Below are positions 62,567 through 64,000 of a stretch of 64,000 nt of DNA, piece after piece. Location of the stretch: positions 379,218 through 443,217 of the forward strand of contig CAWAOD010000014.1 in the NCBI GenBank assembly GCA_963783575.1. The letters run 5' to 3'. The DNA comes from an uncultured Spirochaetota bacterium. GTDB taxonomy: Bacteria; Spirochaetota; Brevinematia; Brevinematales; JAOACQ01. A program made the position numbers and the translations under genes. The notes below the pieces were generated by a model. The model saw nothing but the letters and a program-made list of their open reading frames with translations, made no database searches and was not told where the DNA came from. Position 1 is the stretch's first letter. Each line of letters begins with the position of its first letter.

Positions 62567-63748
62567 ATGGAAAAGAAGATACTGTTTTTCGACTGTTTTT
62601 CAGGAATCAGCGGGGATATGACTATCGGCGCGCTCCTGGACCTAGGTGTTGACAAAGACTATTTTCTTGATTGTATCTCAAAATTAAATATTAAAGGTTT
62701 TGAGATAAAAATAAAAAAATCGTCAAAAAAAGGGATCGGGGGAACGGATTTCAACGTTAAAATCGATAGCGAAATAAAACAACCACAAAGAAATTTAAAC
62801 GATATTCTTGAAATAATCAATCAAAGCGGCCTGAATGAAAACATAAAATCTTTAAGCGAAAAAATATTCAGGATTATAACTGAAGCCGAGGCAGCGGTAC
62901 ACAATAAGCCGGTGGAAGAAATACACTTTCACGAAATTGGGGCTGTTGATTCTATTGTTGATATTGTAGGGACCGCAGTCTGCATTGACAGTATAAATGC
63001 CGATGAAATTTTGTCCTCGCCCTTAAACCTCGGAAGCGGTTTTGTCGTTTGCAATCATGGGACAATACCTGTCCCGGCACCAGCCACGCTTGAAATACTG
63101 AAAGATGTACCGGTCTATTCCTGGAATATTAAAAAAGAAATGACAACACCTACAGGCGCAGGTATTATCAAAGCTCTTAGCACAGGATTTACAGATTTTC
63201 CTTCAATATCAATCGAGAGGACAGGCTATGGTCTAGGAAAGAGGGACCTGGAAATACCAAATGTTCTTCGTGTAGTTCTTGGAAAAACACGGGAAATTAA
63301 AGCAATAACACTTCTGGAAACAAATATCGACAATATGAATCCTGAAATTTACGGGTACATCTTTCCGAAACTTTTCGAAAAAGGTGCTCTCGACGTGTAC
63401 ATTACCCCGATTATAATGAAAAAAAACCGCCCGGCATGCATATTGAGCGTTCTCTGCCCCGAAGATAAATCTGCTTCAATTGAGGATTTCATTTTCCGTG
63501 AAACACCAACACTTGGCATCAGGAAATATAAAGTCGAAAGGGAAGAAATGGATAGAAAAACAGTTATAGTTGAAACAAAATTCGGAAAGATAAGCGTGAA
63601 AGCCGCTTATCTCAATAATAAAATAGTAAAATTCGCGCCTGAATATGAAGAATGCTCGAAGATAGCGGAAAGCTCCGGGATTCCGATATTCGAAGTTTAT
63701 CAGGAAATCATATCATCCGCAAGGAATTTAATTAAAGACCTGGTTTAA
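62567..63748 (+). CDS. larC: Nickel insertase (cyclometallase) LarC
   Basis: GISGDM, IHFHEIGA.DSIVD, HG..PVPAPA, TPTG, ETNID, MKK.RP, PEYEEC. Confidence 0.95.
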   Translation: MEKKILFFDCFSGISGDMTIGALLDLGVDKDYFLDCISKLNIKGFEIKIKKSSKKGIGGTDFNVKIDSEIKQPQRNLNDILEIINQSGLNENIKSLSEKIFRIITEAEAAVHNKPVEEIHFHEIGAVDSIVDIVGTAVCIDSINADEILSSPLNLGSGFVVCNHGTIPVPAPATLEILKDVPVYSWNIKKEMTTPTGAGIIKALSTGFTDFPSISIERTGYGLGKRDLEIPNVLRVVLGKTREIKAITLLETNIDNMNPEIYGYIFPKLFEKGALDVYITPIIMKKNRPACILSVLCPEDKSASIEDFIFRETPTLGIRKYKVEREEMDRKTVIVETKFGKISVKAAYLNNKIVKFAPEYEECSKIAESSGIPIFEVYQEIISSARNLIKDLV

Positions 63749-64000
63749 TATCTGGTAGTTCATACCCATATTCCAGAAGGTATATCCCATATTTATCGAA
63801 TCCTGAACTCCCCTAACCTCATTTTTTATGTAATTACTTCCAAAATAAGTCCTATCATAGGAGATATTCATTTTAAAAGCCTGTACATAAGGCCTTATAA
63901 TTAGGTCCTTCATTCCAAGATAATAATTTCTCAAACATCCATAATAGTAAATCCTGTATGTTTTTAATTCAAACGGTTTAAAATTCATAAATTCAGGAGC
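63728..64000 (-). CDS. 3' end of a gene entering from the right edge (hypothetical, aromatic-rich)
   Basis: The frame is open to the window edge; the stop overlaps the end of larC. Confidence 0.5.
   Translation of the reverse strand, partial: APEFMNFKPFELKTYRIYYYGCLRNYYLGMKDLIIRPYVQAFKMNISYDRTYFGSNYIKNEVRGVQDSINMGYTFWNMGMNYQILNQVFN

Overview
This is an AT-rich bacterial chromosomal segment, probably from an anaerobic spirochaete. That assignment is inferred from the spirochaete-like lipoproteins, the V/A-type ATPase and the rodZ-rimO-pgsA-pgpA cluster, and was not checked against a database. The left half holds two convergent energy-conserving operons. One is a 12-gene, Complex I-like membrane-bound group 4 [NiFe]-hydrogenase with three antiporter-like subunits and HycI (3170-13044, +). 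The other is a V/A-type ATP synthase (15090-25019, -) that contains a universal stress protein gene and a CofE-like ligase gene. Between them lies a small AT-rich insertion with two orphan ORFs and two ~255-bp direct repeats of unknown type. The rest of the window contains folM/folB/folK/folE, a porin-like gene, glgP, a MazF-type toxin-antitoxin pair whose antitoxin is frameshifted, an Ldh_2 oxidoreductase plus malic enzyme, envelope genes, cysE, trpF, paaK, mazG-nusB-ribH and cimA. At the right end are a nickel ECF transporter (NikMN/Q/O) with a long structured leader and uORF, SDR and SCO pseudogenes, and larE-larB-larC (nickel-pincer cofactor) with no larA in the window. I saw no rRNA, tRNA, CRISPR array, integrase or transposase. 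The best leads are the structured nikM leader, the 255-bp repeat system, strong Thr-Asn enrichment in exported proteins, and the extra genes inside the ATPase operon.
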